DNA of 64,000 bases, from IMG/VR virus record IMGVR_UViG_3300036766_002288, positions 32,001 through 96,000 of that record. The stretch is one strand, 5' to 3'. This document shows positions 19,616-29,832 of this stretch, piece after piece. The position numbers and the translations under genes were made by a program. The notes beneath the pieces were generated by a model that saw only the letters and a program-made list of their open reading frames with translations, did no database searches and was not told the DNA's origin. The stretch comes from a virus. Within the stretch, counting starts at the first letter, position 1, and every line of letters starts with the position of its first letter.

Positions 19616-20362
19616 ATGGGCGTAATCAAAGATCGTTATCAAAATCCTGTAATCGGTGACACGGTAATTTTAAAACTATTTGTTTTAAATTCCAACATGA
19701 GTGCCGAAGTACAGACCATAAACAATGTCAAAATATTTTATTTAGACCGTGCTTCAGTAACACCTTTGAACCCTGACGGTCGTGTATTAATACAGACCAT
19801 ACCAGGAACAGATGTAACAAATCCTGCTCAAGGCGAATATAATCTAAGTTTGTATTTAGACCCTCTTATCTACGTCAATACTGGTCGCTATATCGACGAA
19901 TGGGAAGTGGTATTCAATCCTGGGGATTTACCAGCGACCCTAGATCACCTTTTCCAAGTATACCCTGACTTATGGTTCACTACTCCGATACCTATAGTCT
20001 ATGATTTCAGTTTTTATTTCCAGCCAAATAAAATCAGGCAGGGAAGTAAAAAGTTTATTGAAATCGAAATCATTCCGAATGTGCCGCGTGCAACCGATTT
20101 GCAGGCTTATTATGAAAACTTGGCAATCTCCGCGCAATTATTTGTCTACATAGAACAACAATGCGGAGATTGCCTTCCTTGTGAACAAGATTTAAGAACT
20201 GTGGTTGATGGACAACCCGCACAATATAGAGAGAAAAATAGAGGTTACTACTTCATAGACACTGAGAATTTTGACTGCGGAATTTATGATATGTGGTTTA
20301 AATTAGATTTTGGCGGAAGTGTGTATGTGGGGGATCGAAATCAATTACAAATATACAGTTAA
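19616..20362 (+). CDS. hypothetical virion structural protein
   Basis: beta-rich, in tail/baseplate context, SD AGGAG. Confidence 0.7.
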   Translation: MGVIKDRYQNPVIGDTVILKLFVLNSNMSAEVQTINNVKIFYLDRASVTPLNPDGRVLIQTIPGTDVTNPAQGEYNLSLYLDPLIYVNTGRYIDEWEVVFNPGDLPATLDHLFQVYPDLWFTTPIPIVYDFSFYFQPNKIRQGSKKFIEIEIIPNVPRATDLQAYYENLAISAQLFVYIEQQCGDCLPCEQDLRTVVDGQPAQYREKNRGYYFIDTENFDCGIYDMWFKLDFGGSVYVGDRNQLQIYS

Positions 20363-20370
20363 GGAGACAA

Positions 20371-20853
20371 ATGAAAAATGAAGCAAGAAAAGATTTTACT
20401 AGAAGGGTTACAACTAAGGAAAGTAATGTAAAACAAAACCCTATGGGGTTCGCTGGTCATCCAGTTACATCACCATCTATAGTAGTGCCAAGAAAATCAA
20501 GATGGCTCTTAACAAATAAAGAACATCCAAATTTTCACTGGTGGATGAAGTCACTAATAACTGATTACGTAAACAAAAAAATTAAAATTGAAGTATATGA
20601 TGATTCGAAAGGCGACGTTTTTAATTGGAGTCAAGACATACTAAATACACCAAAAACACATGGACCTTTACACCTAGCTCACCTAGACGGCCACGGAACA
20701 ACAATTTCATCTATTACATTTTCAGATTTAAAATTAGTTGAACACTTAACCGAATATGAGTATGGCACAAACGATGTGCTATTGCATAAAGTCACCGTTG
20801 GCTACTCCAAAGTTGAACGACAAAATGAAATTAAAGAAGCTTCCAAGTCGTAA
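20371..20853 (+). CDS. third tube-like protein
   Basis: PRKSRW...EVYDD...FNW...LDGHG...EYEYGTND...VTVGY tube-fold pattern. Confidence 0.55.
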   Translation: MKNEARKDFTRRVTTKESNVKQNPMGFAGHPVTSPSIVVPRKSRWLLTNKEHPNFHWWMKSLITDYVNKKIKIEVYDDSKGDVFNWSQDILNTPKTHGPLHLAHLDGHGTTISSITFSDLKLVEHLTEYEYGTNDVLLHKVTVGYSKVERQNEIKEASKS

Positions 20854-20870
20854 CAATAAAGATTGATTGA

Positions 20871-20901
20871 CGCCTTACTATACTAATTGTATAGTGAGGC
20901 G
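20871..20901 (+). promoter_or_regulatory. 13-bp hairpin covering the RBS of the resolvase gene, overlapping a TTGACG-17-TATAGT promoter
   Basis: CGCCTTACTATAC/GTATAGTGAGGCG; ATG at 20904. Confidence 0.55.
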
Positions 20902-20903
20902 TT

Positions 20904-21566
20904 ATGGAAGAATTACTCTACGAATTAGCATATCAGTTATTCAAGGTGGACAACAGTGAGCATACTGTCGAACTCCTAAAAAAAGTCAAAAAACTAGACA
21001 AGAGCAAATTCCAAGAAGCTATTAGCGGCATGGATGTAGAAGATTTAGTAGGCAAAAAGCCTAAAAAGAAAAGACTTAATTCTGGAGTAAAAGGTAAGTC
21101 TGGAGAACGTTCATTAGTCAAATTGTTCAATGAGCGATTCACTGAATTACTAAGTAAAAATAAGAGTTGGGGAGAATTTCATAGGGTGGTTGGTTCTGGG
21201 AATCTTTGGAGCCAAGCAAACTTATCACAAAGATCAGAAGAAATGCATAGCGGTGATGTAGTCTGTGAGAATCTTAAATTTGTAATCGAATCTAAAAATG
21301 GCTATGATGATATCGACCTAATTTCCTTACTTGAAGAAGGCAATAAAGACATAGATTCATTCCTGCAACAAGTAACCAATGATAGTGTGAGAAGTGGAAA
21401 GAAACCACTGCTCATATGGAAGAAGGCAAGGAGACCTAGACTCGCATTTATAAAGGACTTAGGTGAACATGCAGACAAGTTTAAAGGGGCTATGATGCAA
21501 TACAAAGAATGGACCATTATATGCTTAGAAGACTTGTTAAAATTACCAGATGAGTTTTTCTTTTAA
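20904..21566 (+). CDS. Holliday junction resolvase (PD-(D/E)XK, Hjc-like)
   Basis: KGKSGERSL...RVVGSG...GDVV...FVIESK motifs. Confidence 0.8.
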   Translation: MEELLYELAYQLFKVDNSEHTVELLKKVKKLDKSKFQEAISGMDVEDLVGKKPKKKRLNSGVKGKSGERSLVKLFNERFTELLSKNKSWGEFHRVVGSGNLWSQANLSQRSEEMHSGDVVCENLKFVIESKNGYDDIDLISLLEEGNKDIDSFLQQVTNDSVRSGKKPLLIWKKARRPRLAFIKDLGEHADKFKGAMMQYKEWTIICLEDLLKLPDEFFF

Positions 21567-22099
21567 AGTGCAAATCTAAAACCAAAACTATATCGGTCAC
21601 ATTCTGTGTAAACACAATGCCAGTAAGGTTGTCCCTTGATTACTTGGAATGCTCTAAAATTCCATCCTTTATTCTCCCATTCAGTGTGGACTTTATTGTT
21701 CTTGTAATAGCGGAAAAAACTCTTTTTGTTCTCTTCCGCTTTAGTTGCATATACTCTCCAACCAACCATATTTGAGTTAGTATGCCAGCCCATATATCCT
21801 TTAGGGGTATAGTGAAACCTCCCTGATATAGAAATCAGTTCACTATTTGGGAATAATGCCTGTGCAAGCTGTTTTAATTTGGTCTCATCCTTCAAGTGTT
21901 CCATGTAATACATGTGAACATTAGGAGCAATTAATACGTCACTTTTTGAATTGATAGTTTCCAGCAAATCTTGCTCGGAAAGTTTAGGGTCAGGATCAGG
22001 AGAGCCAACAATCTTCCCAAGTGGTTTATAGGCAGCAATTACCTTATCAAGCTCTGAAGCTAAATTAAGTAGTCTTTGATTGACTGGCATTTTTATCAT
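21563..22099 (-). CDS. cupin/2OG-oxygenase-like (DSBH) hypothetical protein
   Basis: GYMGWHTN...WHCV...RYSFGF. Confidence 0.5.
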   Translation of the reverse strand: MIKMPVNQRLLNLASELDKVIAAYKPLGKIVGSPDPDPKLSEQDLLETINSKSDVLIAPNVHMYYMEHLKDETKLKQLAQALFPNSELISISGRFHYTPKGYMGWHTNSNMVGWRVYATKAEENKKSFFRYYKNNKVHTEWENKGWNFRAFQVIKGQPYWHCVYTECDRYSFGFRFAL

Positions 22100-22553
22100 A
22101 ATTATTTTCCTTCAATCTCTTTTCATACCACACTTCAAGTCTTTTCATACAGTCTGGATAGTCCTCAGAAAACACTATGGACAATACTCTTTCCATATCA
22201 TTATATTGTTCTTTTATTTCTTCCAATTCAGGTACAGGAGTAGGACCGAATACATCTTCCAAAATTTTCATACATGCTGCTTTTTCTTCAATTGTTTTTG
22301 GAGTCAATTCTGTTACAGGTTTTCCAGTTTCTTGTAGGTGGTAGTCTTTTTCAAAGTCTTCAAATATAATATCTGATAAAGCAAAATCTAGTGAATTAAG
22401 ATCATGTAATAACCCACAATCGCAAAATGCGCCTCTTTGACCATGCTTATTGGAAGCATAAATTCTACAGTCACAATGATGCCTGACGGCACCACCGCAA
22501 AAATATCGACGACGGATATGTAATAACTTATTTATTTCTGAATGAATACTCAT
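22065..22553 (-). CDS. hypothetical protein
   Basis: ORF track; HHCDC and CDCG motifs. Confidence 0.65.
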   Translation of the reverse strand: MSIHSEINKLLHIRRRYFCGGAVRHHCDCRIYASNKHGQRGAFCDCGLLHDLNSLDFALSDIIFEDFEKDYHLQETGKPVTELTPKTIEEKAACMKILEDVFGPTPVPELEEIKEQYNDMERVLSIVFSEDYPDCMKRLEVWYEKRLKENNYDKNASQSKTT

Positions 22554-23014
22554 TGTTGTCCCGTTGTTTGCTGGGCCATATTTGTAGGCGGTGTTGGCAT
22601 TTGTTGCACAGGGCCTGTAGGTTGACCTGGCGGCGGCGGTTCAGGAGCTTTTGGTTTTTCCTCTTCGCCAGTACCAAGTTTATTAACAGGAGTCCTTAAC
22701 TTGCCAGAAAGTTTCTCTAATTCTGCTCTTACACCATTGAAAACTTCTGGCAGATCACCTTTTTCTTCAATGGCTTTCATTAGGGCTACGCCGCATTTCT
22801 GCAATACTTTAAGGTATTTGTGTTCTGAGCGGGGCCAACTTCCATGAAGAATTCTACGAATCTGGCCCGCAATCTCTTCACTATTCTTTACTTGTTGCCT
22901 TGCACCCATCTGTTTGCCAGCTTGCAATAACTCATGAATTCCAGTTAATATATCATTTATTCTATCACCCAGATATTCTTTTTGTTCTGTAAGCAAAAAT
23001 TGTTTGAATCGCAT
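22550..23014 (-). CDS. hypothetical protein, N-terminus MRFKQFLLTE, Pro/Gln tail
   Basis: ORF track; capsid-targeting-like start. Confidence 0.7.
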   Translation of the reverse strand: MRFKQFLLTEQKEYLGDRINDILTGIHELLQAGKQMGARQQVKNSEEIAGQIRRILHGSWPRSEHKYLKVLQKCGVALMKAIEEKGDLPEVFNGVRAELEKLSGKLRTPVNKLGTGEEEKPKAPEPPPPGQPTGPVQQMPTPPTNMAQQTTGQQ

Positions 23015-23019
23015 ATTAC

Positions 23020-24657
23020 TTATGTAGTAATCAACGATTCAGATTTGTGCTTCATACTAGCTTTAATTAAGCCATCAAACAAAGGTGCAGGTGCATTCAA
23101 GCGACTCTTAAATTCTGGGTGCGCTTGAGTTCCAACAAAGAAAGGATGTGATTCAGACTCTAATTCCATCATTTCCACTAAGTTAGTCACAGGATTAGTC
23201 CCAGAAACTTTAAACTTACCTAACGTGGCAAGTGAAGAAACATATTCAGAATTAACCTCATAACGATGGCGATGCCGTTCACTTATTAACTTCTTTTTAT
23301 ATAAACACTGGACAATACTATCTTTGACTAAATCACACTCATACGCACCCAATCGCATTGTTCCAGATTTCTTTTTAATGCTCTCTTGCCCTTCTACAAA
23401 GTGAATTACAGGATGCTTGGCATCTTTATCAAACTCTATACTGTTCGCACCTTCTAGCATACAAATATTACGTGCAACCTCAATTACGGCACATTGTAAG
23501 CCAAGACAAATGCCTAAGAAAGGTATTTTTTTCTCTCTTACATACTTAATTGCTCTGATCTTACCTTCAATACCAGAAGAATCAAACCCACCTGGAACTA
23601 TTATGCCATCTACATCTTCGAAATATTTCCAGACACCACGCATGTCTTTGGGTTGTTCAAGTTCCTTTGAGTTAATCCAACCAATTGTTACTTTTACTTC
23701 ATTTGCAACGGCAGCATGATATATGGCTTCTTTCAACGACAGATAAGCTTCGTCACAATTATCGTATTTGCCTACAATGGCTATATTAATGGTTGGCATG
23801 TCTACGTTGCCAACATACTTCTCAACCAAGTCACGATACTTGTGTATTCTGCATCCGTTTCTTTTCAGATGGAATTTGTCTACGATTAAATCATCAATGT
23901 GCCTTTCATAAAACTCAATTGGCACTTGATAAATTGTCTTAACATCTGGTGCGTCAAATACAGCTTCTCTAGGCACGTTAGTTAAATGTGAAATCTTATC
24001 CAGAATCTTTGGTGGAATTTCCCTGTCTATTCTGCAAAGAAGGATATCAGGCTGAATACCAAAAGATTGTAATTCTTTAATACTATTCTGCAATGGTTTG
24101 GTTTTAAATTCCTTGATGGTAGGAATCCACAAAATTGGGGCTACCATAACAACCAATACGTCATTCCAGTTTTTTTGCTTAAATTGCCTGATGGCTTCAA
24201 GATAAGGCCCGCTTTCAAGATCACCAACAGTACCACCTATTTCGCATATAACAATATCCGATTCCTTTCCTAACTGTGTAAGTCTATCCTGAATCTTATC
24301 TGTGAGATGTGGAATGATTTGTACAGTCTGTCCTAAATATTTTCCATCTTCTTCTTCAGTTAGCAACTCTTTGTATAAAGTCCCACTTGTGAGAATGTTT
24401 TTTGATGAAACTTCGATGCCTATAATACGTTCATAATGACCTAAATCGAGGTCAGTTTCGGTACCATCATCACATAGGAAACATTCCCCATGTTCACGGG
24501 GCGCAAGAACCCCAGCGTTGGTATTGAAATAAGGATCAAATTTGATTGGCTGCACTTTAAGTCCTCTTAAACTTAAGAGAAACCCAATAGATGCAGCAGC
24601 AATTCCCTTACCACCACCAGATATTACACCGCCAAGAACAATAATATACTTACACAT
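23020..24657 (-). CDS. pyrG: CTP synthase
   Basis: GGVISGGGKG, DGTETDLDLGHYER, GICLGLQ, ERHRHRYE, QAHPEF. Confidence 0.97.
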   Translation of the reverse strand: MCKYIIVLGGVISGGGKGIAAASIGFLLSLRGLKVQPIKFDPYFNTNAGVLAPREHGECFLCDDGTETDLDLGHYERIIGIEVSSKNILTSGTLYKELLTEEEDGKYLGQTVQIIPHLTDKIQDRLTQLGKESDIVICEIGGTVGDLESGPYLEAIRQFKQKNWNDVLVVMVAPILWIPTIKEFKTKPLQNSIKELQSFGIQPDILLCRIDREIPPKILDKISHLTNVPREAVFDAPDVKTIYQVPIEFYERHIDDLIVDKFHLKRNGCRIHKYRDLVEKYVGNVDMPTINIAIVGKYDNCDEAYLSLKEAIYHAAVANEVKVTIGWINSKELEQPKDMRGVWKYFEDVDGIIVPGGFDSSGIEGKIRAIKYVREKKIPFLGICLGLQCAVIEVARNICMLEGANSIEFDKDAKHPVIHFVEGQESIKKKSGTMRLGAYECDLVKDSIVQCLYKKKLISERHRHRYEVNSEYVSSLATLGKFKVSGTNPVTNLVEMMELESESHPFFVGTQAHPEFKSRLNAPAPLFDGLIKASMKHKSESLITT

Positions 24658-24661
24658 ATCA

Positions 24662-24862
24662 TCAATAACTCCATTTACTATCGTTTCTTAGGGTTTTAAT
24701 TTGATTCACGGTAATAGGTTTATCTGCACAGGAAGAACAAAAACTTAACCCGAAGTTAAGTTCTACAAATCCTAAAAGTCTTTTCAACTGGATTAGCTCA
24801 ATAAGGCTTTCAGTACTAGGAGTTTCTCTTAGGCACATGCAACATATTGTTTGATAGGTCAT
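24662..24862 (-). CDS. small Cys-containing hypothetical protein
   Basis: CCMC and CSSC motifs. Confidence 0.55.
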   Translation of the reverse strand: MTYQTICCMCLRETPSTESLIELIQLKRLLGFVELNFGLSFCSSCADKPITVNQIKTLRNDSKWSY

Positions 24863-25515
24863 GTATTTATACTAGTAAGTTCCAGTACTCTTTGCTGTGC
24901 AATGTCCACATAGTCTGGATTCATGTCCGCAATTATATACTTTCTATTTTCTTTTAGAGCCGCCACTGCTGTTGTGCCACTTCCAGCACATGGATCGAAA
25001 ACAATATCTCCGACATTAGAACTTACTCTAACCAAATACTGAAATAGTTCAAGTGGTTTCTGCGTAGGATGTTGCTGATTTCTCACAACAGGATACTTCC
25101 ATACAGTATTTTTACAATGTTCATTAAAAACTGCCTTTTTCTTTTTGCCATAAACACAACACTCAACCCCAGAAAGCCATATGTACTGACCATTCATTGG
25201 GCTAGGATTTGCTTTTTCCCAAATACACAATCTAGTAGATAACTTAGCGGATACCATCTCTGCCCTTAAAAAACTGACTTGTTCTGTTGAACAAAAAACA
25301 TAAATGCTTCCTTTTGTAACTCTAATTACATCTTTCAAAAAGACCTCTAAATCAAAAGTCTCAGTATCCGCAGCCTGCTTATCCAAATCTCTTAGCCCAT
25401 TTGAACTCCGATTAATGACACCATACGGTATATCCGTTAGTGTCATTTCAACACTATTGTCCGCCATTGTCTTCATCAAACCTATACAATCGCCACTAAT
25501 AATTTTGTTTGTCAT
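24859..25515 (-). CDS. DNA amino-methyltransferase (N4-C/N6-A, beta class)
   Basis: LTDIPY catalytic motif, HPTQKP, VFDPCAGSGTT SAM motif. Confidence 0.88.
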   Translation of the reverse strand: MTNKIISGDCIGLMKTMADNSVEMTLTDIPYGVINRSSNGLRDLDKQAADTETFDLEVFLKDVIRVTKGSIYVFCSTEQVSFLRAEMVSAKLSTRLCIWEKANPSPMNGQYIWLSGVECCVYGKKKKAVFNEHCKNTVWKYPVVRNQQHPTQKPLELFQYLVRVSSNVGDIVFDPCAGSGTTAVAALKENRKYIIADMNPDYVDIAQQRVLELTSINT

Positions 25516-25565
25516 GTTTTGGAAAAACCAAGCTAACAACAGTAGATACTAGCAAAAGGAGAAAT

Positions 25566-26339
25566 ATGACACAAATACTTCAGACTAAAACAAAATGGGG
25601 CGGTCTTGGATGGCACCCAGGTTTACCAAAATTCGGTTCAGCACAATATATCCCACAGGTTGCAACGCTTCCTGTATCAGTTGATCTAAGGCCAAACTGC
25701 CCAGCAGTCTATGACCAAGGACAACTAGGCTCATGCACGGCCAATGCCGTAGGTGGTTTAGCACAATTCCTGATGATGAAGGAACAGCATACTTCATTTG
25801 TTCCTTCTAGGCTAGCAATTTATTATTGGGAAAGAGTCATTGAAAACAGTGTAAGTCAAGACAGCGGAGCTTCTATTTCTGATAGTCTAGCTGTCGTCAG
25901 CAACACTGGTTGCCCACACGAATCGCTTTGGTGGTACAATATCAATAAATTTGCAGTCCGTCCAAACAATAAAGTAGTCGCAGACGCCAATAAGCACAAG
26001 ATCACAAGTGCTATGCAAGTTAACAACACTAGCTTGGCAACGATGCAATCCTGTCTAAGCAGTGGATTCCCAATTACAATTGGCTTCACTGTATACTCAA
26101 GTTTCGAATCAAGCCAAGTTGCAAGAACAGGCATTGTCCCAATGCCAAATTCGCATGAACAAATTCTTGGTGGTCACGCAGTCCTAATTGTAGGCTATGA
26201 CAATACTCGTAATTGGTTCATTGTTCGCAATTCATGGGGCGCGGGTTGGGGTGCCGCTGGTTATTTCTATATGCCTTACCAATATTTCACAAATTCTAAT
26301 TTGGCATCCGATGCATGGACAGCCAGATTAATAGCGTAA
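25566..26339 (+). CDS. papain-like cysteine protease (C1A)
   Basis: DQGQLGSCTANA, GGHAVLIVGYD, RNSWGAGWG...GYFYMPY. Confidence 0.92.
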   Translation: MTQILQTKTKWGGLGWHPGLPKFGSAQYIPQVATLPVSVDLRPNCPAVYDQGQLGSCTANAVGGLAQFLMMKEQHTSFVPSRLAIYYWERVIENSVSQDSGASISDSLAVVSNTGCPHESLWWYNINKFAVRPNNKVVADANKHKITSAMQVNNTSLATMQSCLSSGFPITIGFTVYSSFESSQVARTGIVPMPNSHEQILGGHAVLIVGYDNTRNWFIVRNSWGAGWGAAGYFYMPYQYFTNSNLASDAWTARLIA

Positions 26340-26342
26340 CAT

Positions 26343-26373
26343 AAAAAAAGGGGGTTTTAAAACCCCCTTTTTT
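26343..26373. terminator. bidirectional intrinsic terminator
   Basis: AAAAAAAGGGGGTTTTAAAACCCCCTTTTTT palindrome between convergent genes. Confidence 0.9.
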
Positions 26374-26376
26374 CTT

Positions 26377-29300
26377 TCATATCGCTTTTTTGAAATCAAC
26401 TGGACACGCACCACCTGCACATTCAACATGCGCAAAATCTACGTCTTCTTCTAAAACCTTCTTGATCTTGTTCAAGGTATCTTCATATTCTGCCTTTGTA
26501 ACAGGTTGTTCTGGAAGATACTCATAACTAGATTTTTCTTCTTGGGGCATGATTGAACAACACTTAACCAATGGCTGATACTTCTGCACCGTCTTTGCAA
26601 AGTCCCTATAGCATACCTTGGCAGGCAAATACTTCAAAGTATAAGATATTTGATTAGCGGTATCCTTTTTCAAAAGCACGCCATTCTCATCGACACCATA
26701 CAACCAATACTTTTCCCCTAACATTATCCATTGATATTGTTCTTCTGGTGTAGCTTCTGCCGCTGTAACTAACTTGTTGCCCATGCCTAATTCAACAATG
26801 ATAGGCATTGTCGGAAAGCCTACTATAGTTGTATTCTGGTACTTTTTAAGTTCTCTAATTGGATATCCAGCCTTCTTGTATGTCTGAATGAGTGGGTCAT
26901 TACTACTGAATTGCACCCATCTCATGAACCATAACATTGAAGGTAAGTGCCACGCCTCTGTAAGCCCGAATAATTTTGAATTAGTTCCTGCTGGCTTTAA
27001 GGTTGTGTCTGTATGTGGCGGGGACATACCATATTTCTTTGAGTAAATCTCTGCCTCTTCCTGAACTGCCCTTTTGAATCTGGCCAAAGTCATCCAGAAG
27101 GCTTTAGATTTTTCCTCATCAATTAAATCTCTAAATCCTAACTTAAAGAACTTCCATGCAAATTCATGAATGCCAGTCATGCCAACACCAATTCTGTTGG
27201 TACGTAGTACCTCTTTCTTGTAAAGAGCATCCATTGTATTAACGCGAATAAGTGCCCTGGCAACTGCTCTAAACGCTTCTTCAGCTTCATCTAGACTGTC
27301 GGCATGGAATGGCACCAAATCACCAATGGTACAGTATGCTCCAAATAATGCGATTGCTATCTCGCCACAGTTATGTGCCCTTATGCCATTTGCATCAAAT
27401 TCATGCACAGTTTCAACACCACAGTCATAAACATCTTCATCGCCAATATGTTCAATAGATTCAATCTTGGCAACAAAGTTTTCCTTATAAATACCACGCT
27501 CAATAGAATTGATAGCAGCATTCAAAGCCGATGCTTTATCAGGCTCACGAAACCCTATTAAATCTGAAAACTGCAAAAGATTATCTTTACTAATGTGCAA
27601 TTCGTGAGACGGTTGGCACCAATACAATTTTTCTCCACCATTACCATCAGGCATTTTCTTGTAACCAGCTTCTTTTCTATCTTTGTAAACAGAAGATATA
27701 ATGCCCAATCTTGAAAGCATTCTTTGTATCGTATAGAGTCTTGGTAAATTAGACTGTGAAAGGCGCACACTTATACCTTTGTTTTTATTTTTACAAACAG
27801 TACCGTCCGCGTCGAACAATCCACCTAGCAATCCGCAGTAAAAATTACTGCCCATTTCTTCAACGGATTTCAACAGATTTTTAGTCAATGGCTCTAGCAA
27901 TGGTTCAGCTAACTTGTTTAATGCAACACAACTAATCGTTCTGCTGTCGTTAATTTCGTTTAATTGACCGCCTTCAAAATTAGCCTTAACCTTCATGTCT
28001 AGCGACTCAATACATTTCAAGGTCGCATCTATCATGTGATCTTTATTCTCACCCCAGAATCTTAAATAAGTGCAATATTTTTCTGGATTAAATCCACCAT
28101 CACCAATTATTTCACCAATCAACCACCCTTCGCCAAAAGTGCCATTGCCATCCCATCGAACATTACGCTGATTGGCAAGAACTAAATGATCGCCTATATT
28201 CAAATCTTTTACTTCAACCCATGAATGCTCATAGTTATAGCCACCATGCAATTTTGAACGTTTGTTTTTCTCAACCAATAATGGATGATTATCAGTTGCC
28301 TTCAAAGTATAGCCACGATTCGTCTTAATCAGATACACGGGCTTGCGACCTGTCTTCCAAAATCCAGAGGCATTGAATGATTTGCCATTGACGATAGCAT
28401 TAAATGGCTTGTTGATTAAATCAGCAACTTGTCTTGGACCATCAGATGTTTGCACCCATGTATCTGCTGTGACACAAGGATTACAGATCATGTAATACTG
28501 TTTTTTCAATGCTTTGCGTAGCAGCCGATTCATGTAAAGATTGGTATCGTCATTAAGCTGATACTTCTTACTACCAATTAAATCACCTTTAGAAAGTTCT
28601 TCTAACCCTTCACGATTCTCATTTAATTTATCGACGTTAATTAGTCCAGGCTCACCAGTGCTGTCTGCATAAGCTGCTGATGTAACTAATTTGAAAACTT
28701 TTCTGGCGTGCTTGGCAAGTGGAGTATGATAATCTGGATTGCTTCTTTTCAACTCTATTAGTTTCCAGAATTCCTTATCAACCATTACGCTGTTGTTGGA
28801 ACTCCATAAGAACCCATTGGGTTTAACAACGTAGCCTTCTCTTAGTTCTATTATTTCTTCAACACTCTTGTCGTAATATTCAATTGGACGCTTAATGGTG
28901 ATGAAGTCGAAAACTGTTACGTCTTTCCAGAACTTAGTGGACATTCTTGCCGCACGTCTTGCCCCACCTACGAGGACACATTCTGCGAAATAGTGGTCAA
29001 TATACATCGTTTGCATGAACGGCGTAAGTCCTGCGCCCTTGAGGGTCAAAGCCTTATAAAATGCATTCATTAAAGGAACGGGACCACTTGCTGGCCTATT
29101 TTGCATCCCTTTGATTGGGGTGCCCTTCGCTCTCACCTTAGAAAAATCTAGAATTAGTAGTTTATCTTTGTGTATTTTCTCAAACGCGGCATTTTCCCAT
29201 ATCTCTAATGCCTTTGCCCAACCTTCTCTAGTATCTTCAACGACATGCCATAATGTATCCTTGCCGCTACCATATTTATGTTTTGCATCCCGCACAGACT

Positions 29301-29739
29301 CATGTGCCATATAGTCATAGTCTGGGTGCGATTCATCTATTACACAACGTACATTTGGGGCATTATCCCAATTTACGAGCATGATATCATCATCATAGGA
29401 ACGGCCAACACCAGAGCCGTTCATTAACAAATAGAACAATGCAAAACTTGTAGCACTAGTAGAACAGTTTGTAAAAACTTCAATATTACGATTTGGTTGT
29501 GTTTCATCACCATGTTGCAGGTGCCTGCCGCTCATCAATATGGTGGCTTTTGATAGGTGCTTATAAAGAACTTTGTATTCTTGCTCTTGTTCTTCTTTTG
29601 TCCTGCATAATAAGGAATTGCCTAAAGCAACACGATGAGCAACGTCATCCCAACTCTCCCATTTGCCATTAGCTTTTTTTCTTAAAATGGTACGCTCTGC
29701 GACCGCCTGGCCCATACCAGGGTGAAAATTCTTCGACAT
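26377..29739 (-). CDS. nrdJ: class II (B12-dependent) ribonucleotide reductase containing an intein
   Basis: FTNCS, VLVGGARRAA, GEPGLIN, NP|CGEI, TLKPAGT; no small subunit adjacent. Confidence 0.88.
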   Translation of the reverse strand: MSKNFHPGMGQAVAERTILRKKANGKWESWDDVAHRVALGNSLLCRTKEEQEQEYKVLYKHLSKATILMSGRHLQHGDETQPNRNIEVFTNCSTSATSFALFYLLMNGSGVGRSYDDDIMLVNWDNAPNVRCVIDESHPDYDYMAHESVRDAKHKYGSGKDTLWHVVEDTREGWAKALEIWENAAFEKIHKDKLLILDFSKVRAKGTPIKGMQNRPASGPVPLMNAFYKALTLKGAGLTPFMQTMYIDHYFAECVLVGGARRAARMSTKFWKDVTVFDFITIKRPIEYYDKSVEEIIELREGYVVKPNGFLWSSNNSVMVDKEFWKLIELKRSNPDYHTPLAKHARKVFKLVTSAAYADSTGEPGLINVDKLNENREGLEELSKGDLIGSKKYQLNDDTNLYMNRLLRKALKKQYYMICNPCVTADTWVQTSDGPRQVADLINKPFNAIVNGKSFNASGFWKTGRKPVYLIKTNRGYTLKATDNHPLLVEKNKRSKLHGGYNYEHSWVEVKDLNIGDHLVLANQRNVRWDGNGTFGEGWLIGEIIGDGGFNPEKYCTYLRFWGENKDHMIDATLKCIESLDMKVKANFEGGQLNEINDSRTISCVALNKLAEPLLEPLTKNLLKSVEEMGSNFYCGLLGGLFDADGTVCKNKNKGISVRLSQSNLPRLYTIQRMLSRLGIISSVYKDRKEAGYKKMPDGNGGEKLYWCQPSHELHISKDNLLQFSDLIGFREPDKASALNAAINSIERGIYKENFVAKIESIEHIGDEDVYDCGVETVHEFDANGIRAHNCGEIAIALFGAYCTIGDLVPFHADSLDEAEEAFRAVARALIRVNTMDALYKKEVLRTNRIGVGMTGIHEFAWKFFKLGFRDLIDEEKSKAFWMTLARFKRAVQEEAEIYSKKYGMSPPHTDTTLKPAGTNSKLFGLTEAWHLPSMLWFMRWVQFSSNDPLIQTYKKAGYPIRELKKYQNTTIVGFPTMPIIVELGMGNKLVTAAEATPEEQYQWIMLGEKYWLYGVDENGVLLKKDTANQISYTLKYLPAKVCYRDFAKTVQKYQPLVKCCSIMPQEEKSSYEYLPEQPVTKAEYEDTLNKIKKVLEEDVDFAHVECAGGACPVDFKKAI
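27370..28476 (-). mobile_element. 369-aa intein with LAGLIDADG endonuclease
   Basis: starts CVTADTWV, ends VYDCGV...AHN followed by extein Cys; LIGEIIGDG and LGGLFDADG motifs. Confidence 0.92.
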
Positions 29740-29832
29740 ATTATCTCCTCAATTCAATCTTTAATGTTGTGGATGTATCTAAGTAGCAATGCAAAAAAAT
29801 TTCTACTATTAAAAGTTAATAATTAAAATGAA

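Noticed and set aside
19470-19616. 48-aa ORF MSIWKKREGRLNFKNYWL...
   Set aside because: Overlaps the gp51-like ORF, has no clear RBS and only a weak targeting-like motif; cannot be supported.
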